The translations under genes were made by a program, and so were the position numbers. The notes beneath the pieces are model-generated. The model had not been told where the DNA came from. It was given only the letters and a program-made list of their open reading frames with translations, and ran no database searches. A DNA stretch of 64,000 nucleotides, from positions 40,622,464 through 40,686,463 of the forward strand of contig NC_043011.1 of the NCBI RefSeq assembly GCF_006345805.1, read 5' to 3'. Origin of the DNA: Octopus sinensis (taxonomy: Eukaryota). Shown in pieces: positions 10,766 through 24,533 of this stretch; the first letter of the stretch is position 1; each line of letters begins with the position of its first letter.

Positions 10766-11182
10766 GGACGAGAGACCACGGAGAAGACGAGGAAGATGAG
10801 GAAGAGAAGGGTGATAGTGGTGATAGTGGGCATGAGGGAGACGACGAAGAATATGAATTTTAGTGGTATTCTATCCTTTCAGTGTGATTTTCTCAATTGT
10901 AAAATCAAAGAACGCACACACATCCACGTACACGTATGCACTCCCACACACACAGACACACACTGACATGCACACTTGCTTACAAGCTTGCTTTTGTATG
11001 TATATATATATATATATATATATATACAAATATATACGCACATTCACACACATAAATATATATATATATATATACAGATATACGTATATTTATACACATA
11101 TTACATACATATATATATATATATATATATACACATACATATATACACACTGATATACATACATACATACACACATATATAT

Positions 11183-11218
<36 letters not shown>

Positions 11219-11290
11219 CGCACACGCACTTATATTCACACACGCACATATATACGCACACGCATATATATACACACACATATATACGTA

Positions 11291-11325
<35 letters not shown>

Positions 11326-11706
11326 ATATATATATATACCTCCTTTTCCCTCTACTGAAGACTATAAAAAAATATTGGTTAAACAGAGACTATATTGTAA
11401 GAGACACTTGTCCAAGGTGTCGAAGCTTTAACGATTTTTCCCAATTTAATGCTCGAAGAAAATGCCAAATACTGACATTTTCTATTGACAGATTTCTACA
11501 ATTTTACAAAAGAAAAAGTACAGCAGACGTTTATCAATTGTGAAATATATTCATTTCGTTTTGTGTTTTACTGTATAATACAGCACAAGTCCGTTAGGTG
11601 GATCTCCGTCGTTCGACGAAGAGGTTTCACTTAATTAACGTGTAAGCGGCTGATTATTCTAGAGTCACTAGCATCATTAACCACGCTTAACGTAATTCTT
11701 AGAGTC

Positions 11707-11930
11707 GGCAGAAACGTTAGCACGCCGGGCGAAATTCTTAGCCGTATTTCGTCTGCCGCTACGTTCTGAGTTCAAATTCCGCCGAGGTCGACTTTGCCTT
11801 TCATCCTTTCGGGGTCGATTAAATAATTACCAGTTACGCACTGGGGTCGATATAATCGACTTAATCCCTTTGTCTGTCCTTGTTTGTCCTCTCTGTGTTT
11901 AGCCCCTTGTGGGTAGTAAAGAAATAGGTA
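11707..11930 (+). mobile_element. SINE family A (tRNA-like head, one body)
   Basis: GGCAGAAACGTTAG (A-box-like), then GAGTTCAAATTCCGCC (B-box-like), then the same body as 1-525. Confidence 0.85.
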
Positions 11931-12489
11931 TTGTCTTCAGTTGTGTTTGTTTGTCCGTGGACAAGATATCTCAAGAACGGCTGGATGGATTCGGATGAAA
12001 CTTTCAGGGATGTTTGGCCTCGTGACTAGCACAAACTGATTAGAATTTGGGATGATCAGATACCGGACAAGGATTCTTGATTATTTTTCTTATTTTTTTA
12101 AACTTAATTTTCAAGAGCGGTCGTGTTCATTTTTAGCATTCTTGTTTGTGAGAGCAGTCGAGTTAATTTCAGATATTCTCATTTTTTTCTATATGAATTA
12201 TATTCGTATAACTGTTTTAAAATATTTTAACGTACAGTTTCATTAGGGCATTTCGTGAATTTAGATAAATTTGTATGCTCAGGTGTAGAGATAATAAATA
12301 TCTTTCCATACAAGGCTGGATCAGGGTTGTGCCTTCGTCAGAAAGGAAATAATTCACATTGATAAATGGACAACCCTGAATCACTGGATCCCTTACCCCT
12401 TATTATAAACGAACTCATGAACTTTAATGTATAATTTTTGCCTCTAACAGACCAACAGGTAGTAATCCGGATTCTTCTCTTTTTTTTTA

Positions 12490-12800
12490 ACATATAGGGG
12501 TTCAGTTCCACTGCTCAGCACGTTGGGCAAGGGTCTTTTACTATAGCCCCGACCAATCATTGCTTTGTGAATGATTTGAATGGACGAAAATTTAGAAACT
12601 CATGTATGCATGTATGTTTATGTATAAATGTGTGTGTGTTTTCCCCTCCACTGCTTGACAACCGGTGTTGGTTTGTTTACGCCCTCGTAAGTAAACAGTT
12701 CTGCTAATAATGTTAGAATAATTACCAGACTCCCAAAACTAAGTATTCGAGTCGATTTGTTCGACTAAGTCCTTCAAGATGGTGCCCCAGCATGGCGGCA
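12490..12800 (+). mobile_element. Degenerate SINE family B
   Basis: GGTTCAGTTCCACTGC..TTGGGCAAG at the 5' end and GGTGCCCCAGCATGGC at the 3' end. Confidence 0.6.
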
Positions 12801-12805
12801 GTGAA

Positions 12806-12995
12806 GGCGTATGGCCTAGTGGCTACGATGTTGCACTCAATATCGTAAGATCTCGGTTCGATTCCCGAACTGGGCGATGCTTTGTAAATTTCGACAAAAA
12901 TCACCATTTCACATTGCTCCAGTTCACTCCAATGTAAATGAGTTCCAACAATAGCTTGAAACTCAACACAGTGACAGACTGGCATCCCGACCAGT
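12806..12995 (+). mobile_element. tRNA-derived SINE of another family
   Basis: TGGCCTAGTGG (A box) and GGTTCGATTCC (B box) followed by a non-tRNA body. Confidence 0.55.
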
Positions 12996-13374
12996 GTGTG
13001 GTTGTGTGCTTAGGGAGAAGTGGTGTAATTTCAGTCACTTATACGCCATGGGAATCAGGTTTTATGAGTCCTGATAAATCTGAGACTACAGTATAATAAT
13101 TATATTTCAATTCATAACTATTTTGCTTAAAAGTCAACCACTCGATTTGTACATAAATCGTCACCAGAAGTCAGTAGTGGATTGGACTGGGTCGGATTGG
13201 ATTGGACTGGATCCGATTGGATTGGATTGTTTATGTTCAATCCACTACAGGGCGATGTTCTCTCTACGAACCACGGTTTGATGTGGGGGCCGTGAATTTG
13301 AGCTCGAGTTCATACTGGTTTGAAGAACCTGCTCTGCTCTGTCATACTGGCTCGACATGGTTTAGTAAACGGCT

Positions 13375-13525
13375 GCAGTTAAGATTACTGGTGCTTATTT
13401 CATCGACCCCGAAAGGATTAAAGGCAAAGTCGACCTCGGTGGAATTTGAACTCAGCATAAATACGGACAAAATACTGCTAAGAATTTCACCCAGCATGCT
13501 AACGATTCTGCCGGTTCGCCGCCTT
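13375..13525 (-). mobile_element. SINE family A
   Basis: Reverse complement of the head and body; ends ..GGTTCGCCGCCTTA on the plus strand. Confidence 0.75.
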
Positions 13526-15036
13526 AGAAATCAGTATCAGAAGGCCAAATGTGGTCAATAGACAGGGTCGAGAGAGCGATGAGTGAATTGATTTGTGATA
13601 TTCGTCCCGGCTCTCTGCGCTCTGAGTTCAAACCCAACCGACGTTAACTTTACCTTTTAGTCCTTTCTGTATTAATACAGTACCAATCCTGCATTGGAGT
13701 CGATTCTTGTCTTTTGTCGCTCTTTCTTGCTAGCTGTGTGTCTGTTTGTCTCTATTTCCAGAAGAACTAGGCTGTGTTCAGATTACGGGAAGAATGAATG
13801 CCCGAGATACGCCGCTACTTCACGACGGTTTCTATGCTACTCTATCAATTACTTGAGAACCTAATACAAGACAGAGTAAAGTCCGTAAGGGCTAATGATA
13901 CTATAAAATTGATGATTATAACACAATTTGCTACTACATCATCCGTCCCTTCCTCTTCTGTCATATCAATTATATAGAAAGAGTCGTTAGTGTGACGGAC
14001 AAATATTTTTTACTACTTAGACGATTTTGTCTTAACAATATACAATGTCACAGTTCATGAAGAATGTAAAAAATTACTAACGTACTTCGAACAAAATGAT
14101 TTTAAAAACATTTTATGGCTAAATGTTTAGGAATTATATAGAAAACTGTTGCTTACCTTGTTTTATTAATCATATTTGTTTTAAATAAAATTATGAATTA
14201 ATACGATTTTCAAGTTGCTCAAACGCCTAGTATGGCTTATCTCAAGCTTTAAATCATAATATTGTAAAAAACGAAAAAAGAAAAATCTGTGTCGTACAGT
14301 TGGAGAGCTATTGATTGGGTCACACTTTTGGATTCGTATCTAAAAGCCAATATTAATCAGAATTTCTTACAAAACTATTTAGAACATCTCTTACAATAAA
14401 ATTTATATCGAACCTTTGATATTTGAAAATTAACTATAATTATTGCTTTTATTTATTTATTTATTTATTTATTTTTGCTGTCAGTTATTAAACGAAATTC
14501 GACATTGACTCAGCGGTTTTAAACAATTTTGCAACCCCGAACATCTCTTTCTTTTCTTTATACTCCTTTACTCTCTGTCTCTCTGTTTCTCTCTTTTTGG
14601 GGCTACCCACCACCACTATATATCCAGCTAAACTGATATAATTTGTTATTTTATTCACTAACTATTTTAATGGCATATATAGAATAAGTTATCAAAACGA
14701 CTACAGAATGGAGCGTTGATATTAACATGAATCTCCACGTTCAAATTCCACCAAGGTAGAATTTGCTTTACCTCTTTCTGGGTCGATAAACAAAAATAAC
14801 TTACCAGGTAAGTACCACCGGATCTTTTCGCTTTGACTGGCAGATTTTAAAAATAATTTATTTGTAACTAAAAATGTTTAAACTTCGTATACTGGTAGAA
14901 TGTGTTTATAAAACATCTTTTTCTCTTGGCTTTCTTGAGAAAATTCTGTAGCTTGTAAGATATTTGGTCTTTAATTTCTTGCATTTCGGCAATTTCAACC
15001 AATCAACGACGTCTATTGAGGTGAATTCAATTTCTG

Positions 15037-15555
15037 CCGTAGTGTGTCAACAACATTTATTTCCGGTGTCATATGAAATTGTACCTGTTATTTATGACAT
15101 ATTTCATATAAGCTACGTTCGTATGAATAAAAGGTTATCGTTATTAAACTTTTATTAATAAACACATATTCTAAGTTCACAACATATGCAGTTTTAATTT
15201 TCCTCTCTGTTGCACAGATACACATATTACATATATACTCGTTTAAGAAACAGATTGGGTTTATTTACATTTCTGAAGAAAAAAGATACCCTTCCCCCAC
15301 CCCTAACCCTAACCTAAACCCTAACCTAACCCTATCCCTAACCCTAACCCTAACCCAACCCCTAGCCCTAACTCTAACCCTAACCCTAAAACTAGGGCCA
15401 TAATTATGGGCGGACACTAAAGAGGGAACGGTTTTGTTATCCAGCTCTGTTTACGAGTGACCCCTCAGTTTATGGCCACAGGGTATCTTTTTTCTCATAA
15501 ATAACAGGGACAATTTCATATGACACCGGAAATAAATGTTGTTGACACACTACGG
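15037..15555. mobile_element. Non-autonomous element with ~60-bp terminal inverted repeats and an internal (CCCTAA)n tract
   Basis: 15037-15097 is mirrored by 15495-15555. Inner IR AAAAAAGATACCC/GGGTATCTTTTTT. Telomere-type repeats at 15299-15390. Confidence 0.7.
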
Positions 15556-16399
15556 ACAAAATTCTTAGCGGTATTTCGTCCGTCTTTACGTTGAGAGTTC
15601 AAATTCTGTCGAGTTGGACCTTGCCTTTCATCCTTTCGATCAAATAAGTGCTAGAAAAGTACTGGAGTCTATGTAATCAATTTGCCCTATCTTACGAGAC
15701 TGCCGGCATTGTGCCGTATTTGAAACCATTATTTAATATTCCTTAAAGGCGCCAGATAAAATGCTTAGCAACATTCCTTTCGGTTCTATACGTTCCGAGT
15801 TCGAATTCTTTTGTGGTTGGCTTTGTCTTTCGTCCTTTCGCAGTCGATAAAACAAGTTCCAATTGAGCCCTGATTTTGATGTAATCGACTCCCTTTCAAC
15901 CCACTTCCCCCCAAAATTGCTCGCCTTGTACTAAAATTTGAAAGAATTACTTCAAATCCTTATCATAAATGGCTCTTCCTGCTTGAAAACGTTAAATCTT
16001 GTCACTCACGGCTAATAAAATTATTTCACTTCATTAGTTGTTTGTATTCAAAGCAACGAAAAAAAAAATGATAATAACGGAAGACAAAGCCAATCATTCT
16101 TGTTATATTTATTGTAATTCCTTATTTTTTTATTAAATACATTTTCATCGATTGCTTTTTTTTTCAATAACCCAGGGCAATATTTCTGAACTGAATCAAT
16201 ATATTTTTTTCTTTTTCTGCTTTTTTCTAATGTTTTTTTTTCTGTTTAAATATTTTTAAATTTATATATTTTTGCTAAAACTATCGAAAACTCATTTTGG
16301 AACAGTGGAGTACGCACACGCGCATACACGACAAGCTCACACACAAACACACACATAGGCAAGAATGCACTTGCAGGCAAACAGGTACACCCACACGCA

Positions 16400-16438
<39 letters not shown>

Positions 16439-16794
16439 ACACACGCACACGCAGCAATGCACTTACAGACAAACTGATACGCACACATAGACAAACACAC
16501 ACACATACAAACTTCTGTATGTGTGCACATAATCACATACAGAAATCAGTAAAGGCTCTCAATTTGCTGCTAAAGTTAGCAACGAAATTTCCTTCAGCTT
16601 TTGACCCACAGGAGCAATAAAACACACACACACACAAACACACACACACTCACACTCAAACGTACATATACACACAGACACCAAGAAGAGAGTTCGAAAT
16701 TACTTGACTGGCTAAAACTAGCAACTAAATCTACTTCACATTTTATCTCACTGGAACTCAAAATCAAAGAATAAATAACACGCACACGCATACA

Positions 16795-16920
16795 CATGGC
16801 GGGAGGCATGCGCAGTCGAGCAAACGAACAACTTCCTGTTTTTGTTTTGTCTATTCTTTTGTTGGATCTGTTGTCGCTTTGTATTTGTACGATCGACGTC
16901 ATAATTTGGTTTATGACGTG
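16795..16920. promoter_or_regulatory. Candidate promoter motif cluster
   Basis: CATGGCGG (YY1-like), GCATGCGCA (NRF1-like), ACTTCCTG (ETS) and an inverted pair ACGTCATAA/TTATGACGT (CRE-like), all within 125 bp. Confidence 0.35.
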
Positions 16921-17063
16921 TCTTGCTGTTTTATCATAATTCTGTCAACAAGTTTCCAGTTGTCCAGTGGTGGTGGTAGTGGTGGTGATTGTGGTGGTGG
17001 TGGTGGTGGTGGTGGTAATTGTTTTAGCCGTTTAGCTCCATAATTTGATATATAGCATATATA

Positions 17064-17095
<32 letters not shown>

Positions 17096-17589
17096 GAGTG
17101 TGTATGTATATATATATGTGTGTGTATGTATGTATATAGATGTGTGTGTGTGAATGTATGTATATATATGCATGTGTGTGTGTGTATGTGTGCTATGCAT
17201 ATAATAAAGGGAGGTGACATGTTTCTTATTACCGCTCTATACTGCGTTCTGAAGTATACGTACATTGAGTTCTACACCTGGTTATTATTCTCGCGATGTC
17301 TAAGCGAAATATTAAAACATATGCCATGTATGTATGTATGTATATAATTTAGAGAAAAAATCCTCTAAGCAATTCAATAGTGAAAGACGTTGTTCACACC
17401 ATATAGAAAAAAATAAATATACTATAAAAACCTTATTCTAAAAATCAATAAAGTACATAAGCAATAAATAGCAAATAGTAGTAAATTGACTACGCGCGTT
17501 TCGTGGCTATATTTTCAAATAGATAATAATAATAATAAAAATAAAATCAATTCGATTTGAAATGAAATCGACATATATATATATATATA

Positions 17590-17760
17590 TATATATAATA
17601 TAATATAAAATCCGTTCTGTCTGTCTGTGTGTGTGTGTCTTCTAGGATCTCGGGCACCCTCCATCCGATTGCACTCAAATTTGATATGTAGATACCGATG
17701 GTATCAAGGCGTGTATAAGTCTTGAAAAAATTACAAAAATCGATTCCAAGTGAGAATGCG
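17590..17760 (+). mobile_element. 5' part of a non-autonomous Helitron-like element
   Basis: Same family as 1625-1770. Confidence 0.45.
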
Positions 17761-17960
17761 GTCGACAAATTCTATCTTTATTTATTCTTTTGTTGGTGTC
17801 TCAAATTTAGGTTAAATTAATGTTTCTCAAAGGGGAGGCCTATGGGACGGTCGGACAAGCTGTCTTGAGAAAAGTTCGGTAAAATGTTTAACAACTCAGC
17901 ACCGCCCATTGAACCTGGGGCATTTTGCTCGTATATATATATATATACATATACATATGC

Positions 17961-18087
17961 ACTTTTTATTAAAGCTGCAAAATTATCACAGAACTAATAC
18001 TCAGAGTTTCACGTTCCCGTCGTCGGACGGCAAAGTGACGCTCTGAGTAACAGTTCTGTGATAATTTTGCAGCTCTAATAAAAAAGT
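17961..18087. repeat. Fold-back palindrome containing a hammerhead remnant
   Basis: Arms of ~46 bp. The minus strand has CCGACGA CGGGAACGU GAAA CUCUGAG UA with stem I degenerate. Confidence 0.7.
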
Positions 18088-19320
18088 ATATTATTCTACC
18101 TATGGTATTCGAATACTATTTCCTCCACCTGGAATGAAGGGCATTCTAGCTACGGCCTTCCCTATCGTTGTTACAAGTATTGTGCGTCTCTGATTCTCCT
18201 GCGAAAACTTCTGTTTTATGGATTTTGATCATGAGGCATCCCACCACATTTTTTTCAACATTCTCTTCCCTCCTTTAGATCGAAGGGGAAACTAAGAGAA
18301 AACTTACAGCCCGTAGTCTTTTTTATCTTCTTTTTCATTACACCGAATCTGGGTCTTTCGCCTGTTCCCAAATCCCTTTGAAACAGTTATCCCTCCACCC
18401 AAGTGAACCATTCTAGGACATGAACTACATGATAGTCAGAGACACAAATTAGGAAATGTCTAAGCTGTAGATCGTGAACATCTACGCGAATTGTATTCAT
18501 TCGTTGTCCACAATAAAGGTTTACTATCCAGGCATGTATTATACAAAACTTTTACCTGGAACATCTGTACAGTTTTTTTTGATATCATCCAAAACATGTG
18601 ACATACGCGACACCGTTCAAAATTTCTTTTGTCACGTGAAAGTATTAACTGTTATCATCGTATTTCACGTCCATGTTCCATTCTGGTAGCCCATCCGACA
18701 GATTTTGTCCCAAACAGTATATAAAGCCTCATTGTATTTATTTACGTTGGCTTTAATATTTTTTTAAATGCTAATAAATCTGTTGGTCAACTATGTCTGT
18801 GGTCACAAGTTTCGCGTAGCTGTGACGCACGTAACTAAATAGACGTGACATTCTCAAGACAAATATTTTGTCCTATTAACGATATTTCGCCGAAAATGAA
18901 ACATTTTAATGTACCTTTACAGGTGTATAGGGATCTTGTTATTCCAAACATTTCTGAAAATCTGTTTTGTTTTTCACTTTCATGACAATGTTCCACAAGA
19001 GTACCGACCAATGTTCCACTCCACTTTTTGTCTCTAGCACTTTTTCTTACACTACCCAAAACATAACCTGTTGTTTTAAATGTGTCCCTAACCATGCACA
19101 TGTATGTGTGTGTGTGTGAGTGTGTGTGTGTCTGTCTGTCTGTCTCTCTGCGCGCGTCCGCATATATATAGTAGTCTATATAATGTAAAGTATATGATTT
19201 GGAATAAGAACTGAAGGTATTAATTTTGATAATTTTGATATTTAGTCCTATATGTACCTATCGTGGATGATGTCGTTCAATGACGATTGAGTTGCTTGAG
19301 GGTAATTCTGTCTCTTAAAC

Positions 19321-19388
<68 letters not shown>

Positions 19389-19915
19389 TCTTCAAGTACC
19401 ACTTGAAAAGGAAAGTGAGAGTAGAGAGGCAAGTTTTGTCTAGCGAATGTTTTAAAAAAAGATGGGTGAATGTAGCAAGAATGGCACGTATGAATGACGA
19501 AGCCACCTTGAGCATGATCCTATGAACCCAGAAATTGAAAACAGAGAGTTGCTTATTTGCAAAAAAAAAAAAAAAAAAGAAATATAACATGTGACTCCAT
19601 TGACCGAGGTTACCGTGGTCTTTTCCGTAGGCTTTTCTTTCCGCGGGTAAACCTCACCTGTCCTCCCCTTTACACTTCATATTGACATTTCTGTGATAAC
19701 GATCCCTATTGATCAATTTTTTTTTTTTTTCTTCCCCTCCCCCTTTTTATTTTAACCCCCCTTTTTTGTCCTCTTTCTCTCCTTTTACGATCCCTTTTGA
19801 TCGAAACTCCCCCTTCCTATTTTTTCTTTTTTTTTTTTTTAAACCTTCAAAAGAAAAGCTCTACCTTGTAATTTGTTCTATCTGTGTGCAGCCCTGTGTG
19901 GCTAATAAAGAAACA

Positions 19916-19989
<74 letters not shown>

Positions 19990-20597
19990 CGAGTCCTTAG
20001 ACATGTTACCCAATTTGCGTAGCGCATAGGTGGAGATCACAACAGCTCCCATGAATAAGACGCTACTTCGTTGTAGGATTCCAGGCGAGAAATCTTTCAG
20101 AAGTCAATTACCATCGATTACATCGACCGTCGCTACTTGACTTTACTTCATTGGCCTCGACGTAAACAGCTGGAAGAAACGACACTAAGCATTTTGTCCG
20201 ACAGGCTAGCGATTTTGCTAGCTCGCTACTTTTATTGTATATGGGAAAGACATATCAGAGATTAGCCGATTTATTTAGAAAATGTAAATCGGATGATTCA
20301 GAAAATAGTAATAGATTATTTAAATCCATTGCCGACTGCTTTAGTTCTTCAGGCCACTTTCATATTTACTTTGACGTTTTTTGATCTCAAAAAACCCCAC
20401 CCTACAGTGAACTGCAGTTTGTATCCCTCACCTGGAGGTATTAATGGTTCATAAATTTTCATTTACAATCCCGCCTTCTTGCAGATAAACTCTACCAAAC
20501 AGAGCACTTTCTTTCCTTCACCAAGAGGTTATAACAAAACCCCACATTCACAGAGATAAACCTCCACACTTGCACTTACATTCATCAACCATACACA

Positions 20598-20767
20598 TAC
20601 CAGGCCGTGCGAAAAGCTCCTGACTTTAAGGGTGTCGCGAAAGGCCTGGCTGGAGATCCAAACTTCTACGTTTTCTTACAGGGCTTAGAAAAACTTAAGG
20701 ACTGCTTTAACTGATCATCTCATATTTTCTTTTACTCAAAGCCAGGAACTTTTCAGCTCCCTTCGTA
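20598..20767. mobile_element. Mariner-type internal-deletion derivative/MITE
   Basis: Imperfect TIRs ..GAAAAGCTCCTGACTTT / AAAGCCAGGAACTTTTC..; TA ends; internal FFLQGLEKL resembles a mariner transposase C-terminus. Confidence 0.55.
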
Positions 20768-21195
20768 CAAGGGGCAAGGTTTTCATCTACGTGCCCAACT
20801 ACTTATACAAGCTCTCACATAGAATATGTCTCCAGTCTCTTTCACATTATCCTACTCTGTCAAATAACGAAAACTTTCGGTGCTTCACTGGCATTAGCAC
20901 AATGTTCATCATACTCAGCGAGAAACCAACTATTGAAACCCATCTAAAAATCCTTATTAGTAGCCCCGTGCTACTTCCATACTATTCAACAGTATTTATA
21001 CAACTGACTTTTCTTCTTCTCTCCTATAATTATATATCTTGACAAATGGAAAATTGTCCGAAATGTCGATATCACTAGGCAATAAATGATTTGTACTATT
21101 GGGTATTGTTTTTTTTCATAAATTACCACTTGTGTGTCATTCTGTCAGAATGTTTATATGTGTATATATATTGGTGTGTGTAATTAATTTCAATT

Positions 21196-21229
<34 letters not shown>

Positions 21230-21239
<10 letters not shown>

Positions 21240-21672
21240 TGTATTTATATGTATGCATATATGTATATATATATATGTGCATGCATATATATATATATAT
21301 ATGTGCATGCATATATATATGTATATATATATATATACATATGTATATATATATATACATATGTATATATATATATATATATATATACATACAAACATGC
21401 TCATACAAACATACAAGCGTACACACTTTCATACTCAGACACATACGCTACACATAATTCTTACCTTCACATTTCTTTTCTTACATTTTCTGTATAATAG
21501 TTTTCTTTCTTTGTATTATATAGATATAGTTATGTTCACTCATGTTGTTTTATATTTTATTTTTATATATTCATTATTCACGGCATACAATTGAACTAAA
21601 AAATACAGTAAACGATTGCCAGATCTGATATTCGCAGTCAATATTCCTACACACACACATATGTATATATGT

Positions 21673-21717
<45 letters not shown>

Positions 21718-22149
21718 ATATATATCAGTGTATTTATATGTATGCATATAGTATATATATATATGTGCATGCATATATATATATATATATGTGCATGCAT
21801 ATATATATGTATATATATATATATACATATGTATATATATATATACATATGTATATATACATATATATATATGTATGCTCATACAACATACAAGCGTACA
21901 CACTTTCATACTCAGACACATACGCTACACATAATTCTTACCTTCACATTTCTTTTCTTACATTTTCTGTATAATAGTTTTCTTTCTTTGTATTATATAG
22001 ATATAGTTATGTTCACTCATGTTGTTTTATATTTTATTTTTATATATTCATTATTCACGGCATACAATTGAACTAAAAAATACAGTAAACGATTGCCAGA
22101 TCTGATATTCGCAGTCAATATTCCTACACACACACATATGTATATATGT

Positions 22150-22194
<45 letters not shown>

Positions 22195-22195
22195 A
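21230..22195. repeat. Tandem duplication, period ~478 bp
   Basis: Unique segments recur at 21411/21889 and 21616/22093. Confidence 0.85.
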
Positions 22196-22371
22196 TATAC
22201 ATACAAAATACATATATACATACGAAAGTACATAGATCCACAGACACACTTACTCAAATGCACACCACATATATGCACAGATATATATAGAAAAACGACA
22301 GAGAGAATGTAGGTTATTTGTAACCATACATAAACACACATACACACATACATACACACACACACACACAC

Positions 22372-22402
<31 letters not shown>

Positions 22403-22715
22403 TGAATATATACATACATACATATAGGTGGATCGTTGGCGTTCTTTTTTCTGGCTTTCTTTTCTCTTGAACTTTCCTCTGTCTCCTGTTTCTGAAGAAG
22501 AACTTTGCTCAAAACGTATAACACCCTTTTTTCCTTCCCTGGTACTTTACATGTACCACGTCCTTGCGTTGTTGTTTTTTCGTGTTGTGTTTTTGTACGT
22601 ATTTCTGGGGTGGGGGGATTGCATATATATATATATATATATATGTATACCGGAGTAAACACATAAATGTGAAACAAGGCTGCAAAAAGAGTACTCAAAT
22701 ACCAGGGGTAGAGTA

Positions 22716-22847
22716 ATATGCTTTATTTAAAAGCAGCAGAAATTCAACAAAACCTGTTACTCGGAGTTTCGCGTTCCCGTTCGTCGGAACGTGAAACTCC
22801 GAGTAACAAGTTTTGTTGAATTTCTGCTGTTTTTAAATAAAGTATAT
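22716..22847. repeat. Fold-back palindrome containing a hammerhead motif lacking the 5' strand of stem I
   Basis: Arms of ~62 bp around an 8-nt loop. Minus 22787-22754 reads CCGACGA ACG GGAA CGC GAAA CUCCGAG UA ACAG. Confidence 0.8.
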
Positions 22848-22854
22848 ATATATA

Positions 22855-22914
<60 letters not shown>

Positions 22915-23015
22915 ATAAGTAAGTGCGTAAATGCATGTATGTATTTATTGTATATGTACGAATATTTGTACATGCATGTTTGAATGTATGTATACACACA
23001 CACAGACACACACAC

Positions 23016-23046
<31 letters not shown>

Positions 23047-23849
23047 AATATATATATATATATATAGAGAGAGAGATATAGATAGATAGACAGACAGACT
23101 TCTTTGCGACACTTTAAATTCGTTTAGTCCATGAGATAAGAGAAGATAAGATTTGTCTCAAACTTAAAATATTTTATTCGGCATCAGTCAACAGTATGTC
23201 AATATTTTAGGATGAACATCGCCACAAGTGAAATAAGAAATAAATAAAGACAGAAGCAAAATAATGTAATCATATGTTTAATATTGTCAACTAATATCGA
23301 TAGTTGTGGCCTATATTTGCTTTAGGTTAATAACAAAATTGTAAAACAAACACAAAGAATATTCATAAGTATTGGCATCCGTGCCAATTTTGTTGAAACA
23401 ATGCTGAAACTTAAGTATAGAATTTTGTAAATATTGAAATATATTTTTTGTTCTGTTTATTTGATATCGAAATTGGTTAATAGAAGGGGCGTCGTTGGTT
23501 ACAACAGTTCCAACGCACCCATTGTTACATCGCTGCCTTTCTGGCGGAATAAGAGACACAGAGAGTAAGAAAGATAGGAAAGAGAAAGAGAGCAGGCGTG
23601 AAAGACGGGACAGAAAGGAAGAGCGAGTGAGAAAGATAGGACAGAGCGAGAGAGAGAAAGAGAAAGATAGGAGAGAGAGAAGGAGAGTGAGTGAGTGAGT
23701 GAGTGATTACAAAGTGTTTGTTACAAACAAGGACTTGGTGCGCTTGCGGGTTTTAAGCTTTTCTCTTTTATGGGCATTTATACACAAACAGGTGAATTCA
23801 CAGAAGCATCCACACATTTATACATGTATACATATACATACAAGCAAAC

Positions 23850-23896
<47 letters not shown>

Positions 23897-23971
23897 AGGG
23901 AGTATGGCTCCTGGTTAATGTCTATCACTGGTTGAGTTGCCTAATAGAGGTTGTATCTCTAATTCATATTT

Positions 23972-24013
<42 letters not shown>

Positions 24014-24533
24014 AGAGAAATGCATAGTTATACATTTACATGCATATACTCACACACATACATATGTATACATACATACGTACGTACGTAGGTACATACA
24101 TACATTCATACATATAGATATGTATGAGCCAGGTATAAAGGATGGAGAGAGTGGGTTTGGATAAATAGACAGTACGCTCGATTATGTTCCTATTCCACCA
24201 AAACCGATGCCCGTTAATCAATAGCATCTTAATCAATACAACGATAACCATCACCATTCTCATCTTTAACAACAACAACAACAACAACAACTTATCAAAT
24301 GATAGCGCTCTTATTTTTCTTCAGTTTGATCTCTAAATGTGCTCTGTCGACTTTCAACTTAAAAACTATGAGATTATTTTGACATGTTTCATGGTCGGTT
24401 GTCTACTCTTCAAATGACAAGCACCACATACGTTTCTTTCCCGTATAGAAGTTGACAATAATCCATCCATTCATCTACTTGTCTATCTATCTGTACACAT
24501 ATATGTGTGTGTGTGCACAAGCATACATTGATA

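Noticed and set aside
15299-15390. True telomere or chromosome end
   Set aside because: The tract is short, degenerate, internal and enclosed by inverted repeats.
16540-16770. Two short frames both containing LKLATK
   Set aside because: They are diverged copies of a short microsatellite-linked repeat, with no splice or start support.
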